From an uncultured Deinococcales bacterium (lineage in GTDB: Bacteria > Deinococcota > Deinococci > Deinococcales > JAAFIG01): DNA of 16,578 nt. Shown piece after piece: positions 1-7,782 of the stretch. Location: assembly GCA_964244895.1 (NCBI GenBank), contig CAXTKV010000116.1, positions 1 through 16,578 of the forward strand, read 5' to 3'. A program made the position numbers and the translations under genes. How positions within the stretch are numbered: position 1 is the stretch's first letter; each line of letters opens with the position of its first letter. A model generated the notes under the pieces. The model had not been told where the DNA came from and did not search any database. It saw only the letters and a list, made by a program, of their open reading frames with translations.

Positions 1-19
1 TGTACAAGCGTTTACTTGG

Positions 20-775
20 TTACTTGGTCGCGTCAAGGCGTTGAAAAACCCAAGGTCGTTCAATTGATCGCATCGGATTTCTCGAGATTCCGGGTGTTTT
101 TGGGTTTTCACGGCCTGAGTAATCGCGCTCTACCGGAAGCCACCACGACCATTCCTGCCCGCCAGAACGCGTCTTGAATTCGTACATCTTTGAAAACAAT
201 GGCCATTTCACCGCAGTGACACGACCGTAAATCAAATCCAGAGGTACTGGCCCGAAAACCCTCGAATCCTCGCTGCCACCCACAGAACGATTATCGCCCA
301 TCACAAAAACCGTGCCTGGTGGAACGATAAAATCGCCCTTTCGAGGTTCTGGTCTGAAATACCATTCGTCGGAGTTCGATAAACTTGATTCACTATCGAA
401 GTTATTAATTGCTTTCCAGTAAGCCACCGTATATGACTCATCTAACGCTTGACCGTTCAGGAAAATTTGCCCTTTGACCATTCGAATTCGATCACCTGCA
501 ATACCTATGATTCGTTTGATGAACCTCACTCCCGGCCTATAGCTTGGCGTACCCTCGGGAACCCACATCAGCACGATGCTACCGCGTAAGTACGTCGCTT
601 CTCGAGAAGTGGCGATACGTTCCCCCGCGAAGAGGTACGGTATACCAGCATTTCCGCGTAGTTGAACGACTCCAAACACATACGGATAAATGAATCCTAT
701 AACTGCCAAAGTAAGTAGGATATAGATGAAAACAAGCACTGGTGCAAGGCCAGAATCGCGTCTCATTCGGGTCAT
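20..775 (-). CDS. Signal peptidase I (S26) paralog, predicted catalytically impaired (box B Ser replaced by Ala)
   Basis: N-terminal TM segment (VLVFIYILLTLAVIGFIY), box D FIKRIIGIAGD, box E MGDNRSVGGSEDSRVFGP. Box B reads RGNAGIP instead of GxSMxP. Start placed at ATG 775 (alternatives 766 or the ORF-track 823). Confidence 0.85.
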   Translation of the reverse strand: MTRMRRDSGLAPVLVFIYILLTLAVIGFIYPYVFGVVQLRGNAGIPYLFAGERIATSREATYLRGSIVLMWVPEGTPSYRPGVRFIKRIIGIAGDRIRMVKGQIFLNGQALDESYTVAYWKAINNFDSESSLSNSDEWYFRPEPRKGDFIVPPGTVFVMGDNRSVGGSEDSRVFGPVPLDLIYGRVTAVKWPLFSKMYEFKTRSGGQEWSWWLPVERDYSGRENPKTPGISRNPMRSIERPWVFQRLDATK

Positions 776-794
776 ATGATTACCAGAATCAATT

Positions 795-1829
795 TCAGGG
801 TGTCTTTTGTGGTTGCTCAGCAAGTTGCTTGTTGAGCTTCACAAATGCTTCTGGACGGCTTAGAACACGCCAACGCATTTTCAACGTTGCACCCGTTGGG
901 TCTTCCAGTAACTTGCCGTTGTAATCACGCTCGCCAGTTAACGGAATATCCCAGGACAGTTTTTGTCCAGTGCTGGCTTTCGCTTGAACAGTTTTCACCG
1001 ATGCAAACGGTGGCCACCATACGAATGTTGCCCGACCCGAAAAATCATCCAGTTTGACGGGGCCGAACACGCGTGAGTCTTCACTGCCGCCTCTACTGCG
1101 GTTGTCACCCATCACAAAATACATGCCTTTTGGCACAGTGAATTCCTTTGCTTTGGTGTCATTCAGACGTTTACTCTCTGCATCCGGTAATTGGCTCCAA
1201 GAGAGGTAAGACCAATCGCTTGAAGATGCCAGGCCGGGTTCAGTATCCCAGTTGTCTATGGCTCTCCAGTAAGAGGTCGTGTGCGTCTCCTCGACTTTGA
1301 TGTCGTTGATGTACAACTGGCCTTTCTCGAGTCTCACCTTGTCGCCAGCTACGGCAACGATGCGTTTGATGAAATATGGCCTGTACTTGACATCTGGGAA
1401 AAAGATGGAAACCACTGGCAACGGCTTAGTGCCCGAGGGCGCGCCGTTCGGTGGCTTCAACACGACCAGATCGCCGCGCTGGAAGCTGCCGATGCCCAGT
1501 TTGTGCAACCAGGTTTCGTACTTGGGCACGAACACGCGTTCGTTGTTGAAGACGTTGGGCTGGTCGCTGTTGCCCTGAATCGCGACCGTGGTGAAGATGA
1601 AGGTCGTGACCACGACCGCGATGATCACGGCCTCACCGATGGGTCTGATCCATTCTTTCCAGAGGTAGTTCAGGATGTTCGATTTTGGTTTGGCGGGTGC
1701 AATCGGGGGCTCGCTCGAGAACACCGTCTCTGACGGGGTTGGCTCCAGGCCGTCGTGGACGGTATTGCCGATATCGGTCGCGTGGTTGGGCTCGAGCGGC
1801 AAGTGGCGCTCGTCAGTCGGTTGGCTCAT
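795..1829 (-). CDS. lepB: Signal peptidase I (S26 family)
   Basis: TM segment AVIIAVVVTTFIF, box B GNSDQP with Ser at 1566-1568, ERVFVPKY, RGDLVV, box D FIKRIVAVAGD (catalytic Lys), box E GDNRSRGGSEDSR. GGAG at 1834-1837 precedes the ATG. Confidence 0.95.
   Translation of the reverse strand: MSQPTDERHLPLEPNHATDIGNTVHDGLEPTPSETVFSSEPPIAPAKPKSNILNYLWKEWIRPIGEAVIIAVVVTTFIFTTVAIQGNSDQPNVFNNERVFVPKYETWLHKLGIGSFQRGDLVVLKPPNGAPSGTKPLPVVSIFFPDVKYRPYFIKRIVAVAGDKVRLEKGQLYINDIKVEETHTTSYWRAIDNWDTEPGLASSSDWSYLSWSQLPDAESKRLNDTKAKEFTVPKGMYFVMGDNRSRGGSEDSRVFGPVKLDDFSGRATFVWWPPFASVKTVQAKASTGQKLSWDIPLTGERDYNGKLLEDPTGATLKMRWRVLSRPEAFVKLNKQLAEQPQKTP
1716..1768. repeat. Degenerate family-A palindromic repeat inside the lepB coding region
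   Basis: cgagaacaccgtc-tct-gacggggtt...tggacggtattgc aligns without gaps to the intergenic copy at 14743-14795. Confidence 0.75.
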
Positions 1830-1916
1830 GTCACTCCGGTCAGGTCACGCATCGCGTGACGAAAAGCGAGAATTCGGAAACCGAGCCAAAAAACGCAGGC
1901 TCGAGCAGCGCTGAAT

Positions 1917-2279
1917 TCAGGCCGCGACCGGGGGCGCTCTGGGTTGTCTGGTGCGCGCAAAAACGGTGGGGACGATTACCAGAATTGCGATGGGAACGAG
2001 AAACTCGAGTACCGGACGCGGCAGCGCCAGGGTGAATTCGGGAATTTCACCGATGATGGTCGGCGTCGCGATCTGGACGCGGCGTTCGGGCAAGATCGCG
2101 CTCAGGGCGGTGTCAGCCGCGTCACAGGCGTTCCCCGTGCAGCTTTGCGCGACCACCACGGGCTGGTTGCGTTCCAACCACTGATGCGCCAGCGCTCCAC
2201 CGGACACGGACAGGATCACGAAGGCGACCAGTCGCGTGAACCATCTGGAGGGTTTGACGTGGCCCATCGCCCCGTTCAT
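1917..2279 (-). CDS. 120-aa leader ORF with signal peptide and C-terminal RAPP motif; putative translation-arrest peptide
   Basis: TATAGT 7 nt upstream of ATG 2279. The sequence has a basic n-region, hydrophobic h-region and ALA site (KPSRWFTRLVAFVILSVSGGALA-HQ), a second hydrophobic stretch (FLVPIAILVIVPTVFA) and ends RQPRAPPVAA*. Confidence 0.8.
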   Translation of the reverse strand: MNGAMGHVKPSRWFTRLVAFVILSVSGGALAHQWLERNQPVVVAQSCTGNACDAADTALSAILPERRVQIATPTIIGEIPEFTLALPRPVLEFLVPIAILVIVPTVFARTRQPRAPPVAA

Positions 2280-2286
2280 CGCGCCA

Positions 2287-2292
2287 ACTATA
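2287..2292 (-). promoter_or_regulatory. -10 box TATAGT of a probable leaderless promoter for the RAPP ORF
   Basis: Minus strand reads TATAGT-tggcgcg-ATG with no SD; same geometry as three other genes in the window. Confidence 0.65.
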
Positions 2293-2350
2293 CCGTCCGG
2301 TGCAGTGAGGAAGCTGTGCAAATCACATTCCCGAACGGGATATTCCAGCA

Positions 2351-2422
2351 GACTGCCGTCCCAGACGCAATCCGTGGAACGCGTGCTGGTTGCGAAGCCG
2401 CCGTCAGGCACGGTGTTCCTGA
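2351..2422. repeat. Degenerate family-A repeat downstream of the SARP regulator stop
   Basis: gccgtcccagacgc ... gccgtcaggcacggtgttcctg resembles the family consensus halves. Confidence 0.55.
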
Positions 2423-2427
2423 TTGAC

Positions 2428-5400
2428 CTACTGCGCCAGATGATCTTCTGGTGTCGCTGCCGCACCGATCTCTTTTTCGGTCAGCGCCAGAAAGCTCGCC
2501 CGCGCGAGCGGATCTTCGATGGCGTCCAGCAAACCCCGCGCGATCTCGAGGGCGCTCTGCCGCGCTTCGAGGGCTTCAGAGGAGCGACCGCAGGCGTCCA
2601 GGGACGCCGCCAGCGCGATCTGTATGCCCATCGTCTCGAGCTTCAGACCGAGCGCCGCACAGATTGAGCGGGCTTCCAGCAAGAGGGTCGCGGCCCGATC
2701 GTGATGGGATTCCAGGCGCGCCAGCGCAGCCAGTGCGCGCAGCGCAGTGATTCTGGATCGCGGTCGATCCTGCACGCTGGCGGCGAAGGCTTCCACGTCC
2801 GCCAGTGCCAGGTCTGAGTGCCCGGCTCGAGCCAGGGCTTCGGCTTCCAGCCAGCGCGGACTGAGCGCGAACCAGCCCGCGTAACCGGGCTCTCGGGCAT
2901 CCAGGGCCTGGCGCGCCAGGATCGCCGCCGCGGCCCAGTCGCCTTCCTGACTGGAAACCGCCGAGAGTTGCGCGTTCAGGAACGTCCTGACCGGCCCGGC
3001 CTGCGCGATCCGCGCGATGTTCGCCTCGCACAGGGCTCGGGCTTCCAGGAACACCGTGCGCGCCATCTCGAACTGCCCGAGGGCCGCGCGAGTGCGTCCT
3101 TGCGCGATCATGGCGTAAATTTCGGCCAGGGCGCTCTGGCGGGCGCGCGCCGTGCGCAGGGAGCGCTCCGCGAAGCCGAGCGCATCCGAGAACGCGCCGC
3201 GCTCCAGCAGGCACAGCGACAGCACGCGCTCCGCGAACCCCTGCCCGGCCAGCCAGCGGATCTCCAGACAGATTTCCAACGCGCCCCGAGCCTCGCGCAC
3301 GCCCAGGTCTGGGTCGCCCAGAAAGAGCGCGCAGTAGGCCATCATCACCAGCGCGTGCGCCTCGGAGACGCGGGTTTTTGAGGCGCGCGCCAGCTCGCGC
3401 GCTTCCTGCGCGTGGTTCCTGGAATCCGACCAGCGACCCAGGTTGAGTTCAATGTTGAAGACCGCCTCGAGCGCCTCGAGCGACCACTGCACCTGCCCGA
3501 GCGACCGCGACTGCTCGAGCGCCAGCGCCGCGTGTTCCAGGGCCGCTCGCAGGTTCCAGCGCTGGTTCTCGAGCCATGCCAGGCTGATGCGCGTCTCGAC
3601 GCCCGCCGCCGGATCGTCCGTTCTGGAAGCCGCCTCCAATGCGCGGTGGTACAAGTCCGCCGCCCTCGAGAGGTTCACCTCGACGTTGGTGGCGTGGTAC
3701 GCCAGCCGGTTGTAAGCCGTGGCCTGCACGCCGGAATCCTGTTGTTCCTCGCCGAAGGCCAGCAGGCGCTCGTAGGCGTGCCTGGAACGTTCGTGTTCGT
3801 TCAGGTAATCGAGCGCGTAGCCCAGGTTGGTGTACAGGCGTTGGCGGTCGGGCGGCGGCAGGCGTTCCAACAAACCCGCGTTGGACAGCAGCGCCGCCTG
3901 CGCGCGCTCGTAATGCTCGACCGCGTCCGACATGGCGTACAAGCGGAACGCCTCGTCGCCCGCCGAAAGGCTGTGCCGCACGATGGCTTCCGGCAGGGCC
4001 GCCAGCGTCGCGTGCCGCGCCAGCCTCGCGGCGGGCACGTTTCCCGAATGCCGCGCCTCGAGCGCCGCCAGCGCGCGCGCGTGCAAGACGACCCTGGCCG
4101 AACGCGGAATACCATCCAGGACGGCTTCCGCCAGCAGGTCGTGGGTGAAACGATCCAGGCGCATGACGCCCGCATCCTCGAGTTCCTCGCTGGCGTCCGC
4201 CAGCATCAACGCGTCCGCCTCGAGCATCTGCGCCGCCAGCGCCAACGAGAAGCCCTCGCCGGTGATGGCCGCCACGCGCGAGAGATCTCGGGCGGATTTT
4301 GAGAGCCGCTCGAGCCGCCGCCCGATCACCTGAGAAACTTTCTCCGATCGCGGCAATCCCTCCAACCGATCCAGGTTCCCGCCCCCCCGCAAGGTTTCCA
4401 GGATGAACAACGGGTTGCCGCCCGTGAAGCGCATCAGGTTCTGCGCCACGGCCTCGAGCCTGTCGGCACCGATCTGTGCGCCGATCTCTGGACTGATCTC
4501 CGGGCTGAGGCGCATCAGGTCGCGCACGCCGTCCACGCTCAAAGGCTCGAGTTCCACGAGCACCGCCCGACCCGCCTCGATCTGCTGTCGCACGCGCCGT
4601 TCGATCTCCGGCGGCAGTTCACCGCGCCGGAATCCCGCCACCACCACCAGCGGCCTGCCGCGCCGTTCCAGGGCGTGAACCGCTCCGTACGCGCCCATCT
4701 CGAAACTCTGCGAATCCCAGAGATGCAGATCGTCCAGCACGATGGTCGCGTGCTGCGCGAAGACTTTCAGACCCCAGGCCACGAACGCGTCGAACAAACG
4801 CAGGCGTTCATCGTTGGAGGTGATCGGCGGCGTCGGGTCGGCTTCGAGTTCCGGCACCAGCCGGGACAGTTCGCGCTGCGCCCAGTTGGGCACCTCCACC
4901 CGCCCGTCCGGTTGCGCCGCGTTGACCGTGCGGATGGCGCGCGCCACCAGCGCGAACGGCACGCCCGCGTCGGTCGGACGCCCGCGCAGCACGTCCCAGC
5001 GTCCGCGCTCCTGCGCGAAGGCCTGAATCAAGCGCGTCTTGCCGACGCCCGCCTCGCCGCTGACGAAAATCAACTTGCCCGCCCGCGCCGCCTGCCGCAT
5101 CCGCTCGAGTTCCGGTTCGCGCGCCACCAGCGGCGGTTCGTCCGGTCGGAGAGCCTCGCGCGGCGCGGGAATCGGCGCCTCTCGAGCCTCGGGAATCTGT
5201 GGTGCAGCCGATCCCGCCGCACCCGCCTCGAGCGCGGCGACCAGCGCGCTCGTCTGCGGCGAGGGTTCCACCCCTAACTCGCGGCGCAAGACCGTCTGGC
5301 AGGCGCGGTACGCCTCCAGTGCCGCACCCCGATTGCCCAATCTCAACTGCAAGCCGATCACCTGACGGTGCGCGACCTCGTTCAACGGTTCGAGCCGCAA

Positions 5401-5943
5401 GCGCCGCCGCGCGATCTCGAGCGCCCGCTCGGGCTCATCGCCGGATTCGTACAGTTCCAGCAAGCGTTCCAGCACCGCGTCGAAACGCTGCCGCAACAAC
5501 TCGCGCTGCGTCGCCAGCCAGTCCTCGAACTCCGGCGCGTCCGGCAGCGCGAAGGATTCCAGCAACTCCCCACGGTGCGCCCGAACGACCCCCTCGAGCT
5601 GCGCTGGGCTCATGCCCGAAACCCGTTCCAGCGCGCGCACGTCGATCCGCACGGTGTCGTCCCGCAAACCGATCGCGTGCCGTTCGATCAACACATGCGC
5701 CTCGCCGTCCAGCGCGTCCCGCAGGTACGTCAGGATGTTGCGCAGGTTGCCTCGCGCCTGGGTTTCCTCCAGTTCCGGCCAGAGCAAGGCCGTCAAGCGC
5801 GCGCGCGGCTGCATCCCGCCCTCCAGGGCCAGGAAAGCCAGCACCGCCAGCATCTTGCGCGTCCGGAAGTTGACCGCCCGCCCGTCCAGACGCACCTCGG
5901 GCGGGCCGAGGAACGACAGCTCGAGCGCGCCACCTTCGTTCAC
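2428..5943 (-). CDS. SARP-family transcriptional regulator: winged HTH + BTAD + AAA/STAND ATPase + TPR repeats
   Basis: N-terminal LSFLGPPEVRLDG...RKMLAVLAFLAL...LLWPE; BTAD LEPLNEVAHRQVI...ELGVEPSPQT; Walker A GEAGVGKT; Walker B LDDLH; GGNPLFILE; Ala-rich helical TPR-like C-terminal half. GTG start with upstream GAGGT. Confidence 0.93.
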   Translation of the reverse strand: MNEGGALELSFLGPPEVRLDGRAVNFRTRKMLAVLAFLALEGGMQPRARLTALLWPELEETQARGNLRNILTYLRDALDGEAHVLIERHAIGLRDDTVRIDVRALERVSGMSPAQLEGVVRAHRGELLESFALPDAPEFEDWLATQRELLRQRFDAVLERLLELYESGDEPERALEIARRRLRLEPLNEVAHRQVIGLQLRLGNRGAALEAYRACQTVLRRELGVEPSPQTSALVAALEAGAAGSAAPQIPEAREAPIPAPREALRPDEPPLVAREPELERMRQAARAGKLIFVSGEAGVGKTRLIQAFAQERGRWDVLRGRPTDAGVPFALVARAIRTVNAAQPDGRVEVPNWAQRELSRLVPELEADPTPPITSNDERLRLFDAFVAWGLKVFAQHATIVLDDLHLWDSQSFEMGAYGAVHALERRGRPLVVVAGFRRGELPPEIERRVRQQIEAGRAVLVELEPLSVDGVRDLMRLSPEISPEIGAQIGADRLEAVAQNLMRFTGGNPLFILETLRGGGNLDRLEGLPRSEKVSQVIGRRLERLSKSARDLSRVAAITGEGFSLALAAQMLEADALMLADASEELEDAGVMRLDRFTHDLLAEAVLDGIPRSARVVLHARALAALEARHSGNVPAARLARHATLAALPEAIVRHSLSAGDEAFRLYAMSDAVEHYERAQAALLSNAGLLERLPPPDRQRLYTNLGYALDYLNEHERSRHAYERLLAFGEEQQDSGVQATAYNRLAYHATNVEVNLSRAADLYHRALEAASRTDDPAAGVETRISLAWLENQRWNLRAALEHAALALEQSRSLGQVQWSLEALEAVFNIELNLGRWSDSRNHAQEARELARASKTRVSEAHALVMMAYCALFLGDPDLGVREARGALEICLEIRWLAGQGFAERVLSLCLLERGAFSDALGFAERSLRTARARQSALAEIYAMIAQGRTRAALGQFEMARTVFLEARALCEANIARIAQAGPVRTFLNAQLSAVSSQEGDWAAAAILARQALDAREPGYAGWFALSPRWLEAEALARAGHSDLALADVEAFAASVQDRPRSRITALRALAALARLESHHDRAATLLLEARSICAALGLKLETMGIQIALAASLDACGRSSEALEARQSALEIARGLLDAIEDPLARASFLALTEKEIGAAATPEDHLAQ

Positions 5944-5990
5944 TTCACGACCTCTGGGGGCAGTGTAATCCCGACGCGGGGCGGGTTGGT

Positions 5991-6026
5991 AGTCGGGAGG
6001 TCAGAGCTCAGGAATCAGAAGTCGGA
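5991..6026 (+). repeat. Degenerate heptamer tandem tract (xxTC[AG]G[AG])
   Basis: agtcggg-a-ggtcaga-gctcagg-aatcaga-agtcgga. Confidence 0.6.
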
Positions 6027-6034
6027 GGGAAAAC

Positions 6035-6100
6035 CGAGAAGACCGTCTGGGACACGTTTTTCTGATGGATCATTTTTGCGTCCAGGACGGTATTCTCGAG
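6035..6100. repeat. Family-A inverted repeat, 9 nt past the xylB stop
   Basis: cgagaagaccgtctgggac ... gtccaggacggtattctcgag forms an imperfect stem. Confidence 0.8.
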
Positions 6101-6109
6101 GCTTACGGC

Positions 6110-7561
6110 TCAGCTTCCGCCCCAACCCTTGACCCGAGGGTACAGGTCGCAAAAACGCGCGTAGGCGTCCTGAGCGGCCCCCAGGTTCACGCCAGGTTCC
6201 GCCGCGGGTACGGGCTTCGGCGCGAGCGACAGCGTGCCCTGAGCGCTCGAGAACGCGCCCGACGCGATGCCACCCAGCAAGGCCGCCCCCCGAGCCGAGG
6301 CGGACGCGACCTCCGAGGCCAGGAGTGGACGCTCGAGCGCATCCGCCAACAACTGCCGCCAGCGCGGATCGAGCGTGCCACCGCCCGCCAGACGCAACGC
6401 CGGAGCATCCGCGCCCGTCGCTAACAGCGCGTTCCAGCCGTCCTTCAACGAAAACGCCAGCCCCTCGAGCGCCGAGCGCATCAGGTGCGCGCGCGTGTGG
6501 TGCAAGCCCAACCCCGCCCACACGCCCCGCGCGTGCGGATCGAGGTGCGGCGTGCGCTCGCCCGTCAGGTACGGCAGGAACGTCAAACCCTCCGCGCCCA
6601 TCGGCACGCTGAAGGCTTCCTGGTACGCTTCCGTCCACGACAAACCCAGCACGCCCCGCACCCACTCGAGCGCCACCCCGGCGTTCTGCATGGCGGCCAT
6701 CGCGTACCACCGATCCGGCGCGACCGCCCGGTACAGGTGCGTGCGCGGGTTCACCTCCAGATGGGCTCGATCTCGAGGCGCGACGATCTGCGCCCCGGAA
6801 CCCACCGTCAGTTGCACCGTCCCTTCCTCGAGCAAACCCGAGCCCAGCATCGCGCACGGCGTGTCGCCGCCGCCCGCCGCGACCGGAACGCCCTCGGGCA
6901 ACCCCAGAAAAGACGCGGCCTGCCTGGAGAGCGTTCCCGCCACCGTCCCAGACGGCACCATCGGCGCGAGCAGGTCGGATCGAAGCCCCAGCCTGTCCAC
7001 CACGCCCCACGCCCAACCGTCCGCTTCCAGATCGTACAGCAGCGTGCCCGACGCGTCCGACGGTTCCACCGCGACCTGATCCGTCAGCTTCAGCCGCAGC
7101 CAATCCTTGGGCTGCAACGCGTATGTCGCCGCGTCGTACACGTCGGGTTCGTGGCGTTTGAGCCACAGCAAACTTGGCCCCGCCATGCCGACCGCCAGCG
7201 GATTGCCCAGTTTGCTCAACAGTTCCGGCCCGAGATTTCTGTACGCCTCGAGTTCACCGTGCGATCGTGCATCCGCCCACAGGATCGCATCCCGCAACGC
7301 TCGACCATCCGCACCGCACAGCACGACCCCGTGCATCTGACCGGACAGGCCAATGGCCGTGATTTCATGGGCTCGAGTCCCCACGGCCTGCCGTGTCGCA
7401 TCCCGCGCGGCGTTCCACCAATCGTTCGGATTCGTCTCTGCCCAACCCAGATGCGGCGCATTGACGGGATAAACGCTTGAAGCTTCACCGACGACCGCGC
7501 CGTCAAGCTCGAGCAGGAGCGCCTTGATTGAACCAGTTCCCAGATCGAGCCCGAGCAGCAC
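6110..7561 (-). CDS. xylB: Xylulokinase / FGGY-family carbohydrate kinase
   Basis: LGLDLGTGSIKA, GLSGQMHG, AILWADARS, PKDWLRLKLT, SDASGTLLYD, GGGDTPCA, FLPYLTGERTP, LAGGG motifs. Exact substrate not certain. Confidence 0.88.
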   Translation of the reverse strand: MLLGLDLGTGSIKALLLELDGAVVGEASSVYPVNAPHLGWAETNPNDWWNAARDATRQAVGTRAHEITAIGLSGQMHGVVLCGADGRALRDAILWADARSHGELEAYRNLGPELLSKLGNPLAVGMAGPSLLWLKRHEPDVYDAATYALQPKDWLRLKLTDQVAVEPSDASGTLLYDLEADGWAWGVVDRLGLRSDLLAPMVPSGTVAGTLSRQAASFLGLPEGVPVAAGGGDTPCAMLGSGLLEEGTVQLTVGSGAQIVAPRDRAHLEVNPRTHLYRAVAPDRWYAMAAMQNAGVALEWVRGVLGLSWTEAYQEAFSVPMGAEGLTFLPYLTGERTPHLDPHARGVWAGLGLHHTRAHLMRSALEGLAFSLKDGWNALLATGADAPALRLAGGGTLDPRWRQLLADALERPLLASEVASASARGAALLGGIASGAFSSAQGTLSLAPKPVPAAEPGVNLGAAQDAYARFCDLYPRVKGWGGS

Positions 7562-7568
7562 GGTCTAC

Positions 7569-7621
7569 CTCGAGAACACCGTCCAGCACGCGAGATTAAA
7601 TATGCGTGCTGGACGGTGTTC
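7569..7621. repeat. Family-A palindromic repeat (perfect 18-bp stem)
   Basis: GAACACCGTCCAGCACGC (7574-7591) / GCGTGCTGGACGGTGTTC (7604-7621), 12-nt loop, preceded by CTCGAG. Confidence 0.92.
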
Positions 7622-7623
7622 CT

Positions 7624-7761
7624 GCCCTCGTCCTCCCCTGCGAAGGAGGGGAGGTGGCTCGAGCATCAGCCTTTCCGATGCGAGAGACGGAGGGGTCTCG
7701 TACACCGACTCCTCCGTGATGGGCCAAGACCGGGCTGATGCAAACAGGGCAGGACGAGGGC
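7624..7761. repeat. Family-B nested-palindrome element (REPIN/MITE-like), copy 1
   Basis: 17-bp terminal inverted repeat with 1 mismatch (7624-7640 / 7745-7761), inner gcatcagc/gctgatgc stem, inner acggaggggtc/gactcctccgt stem, and a cctcccct/aggggagg hairpin. Confidence 0.8.
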
Positions 7762-7782
7762 GTGCGTCTCGAGACATCGCGT

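Noticed and set aside
2428..5943. STAND ATPase-TPR protein as an antiviral (Avs-like) defence system
   Set aside because: The N-terminus is a winged HTH plus BTAD, not a nuclease or other effector; it fits the common SARP-type regulators.
2451..7506. Many long alternative-frame and antisense ORFs (e.g. 6015-7166, 6485-7480, 3412-4302)
   Set aside because: They overlap well-supported genes, are Arg/Ala/Pro-rich and show no motifs; expected shadow ORFs in high-GC DNA.
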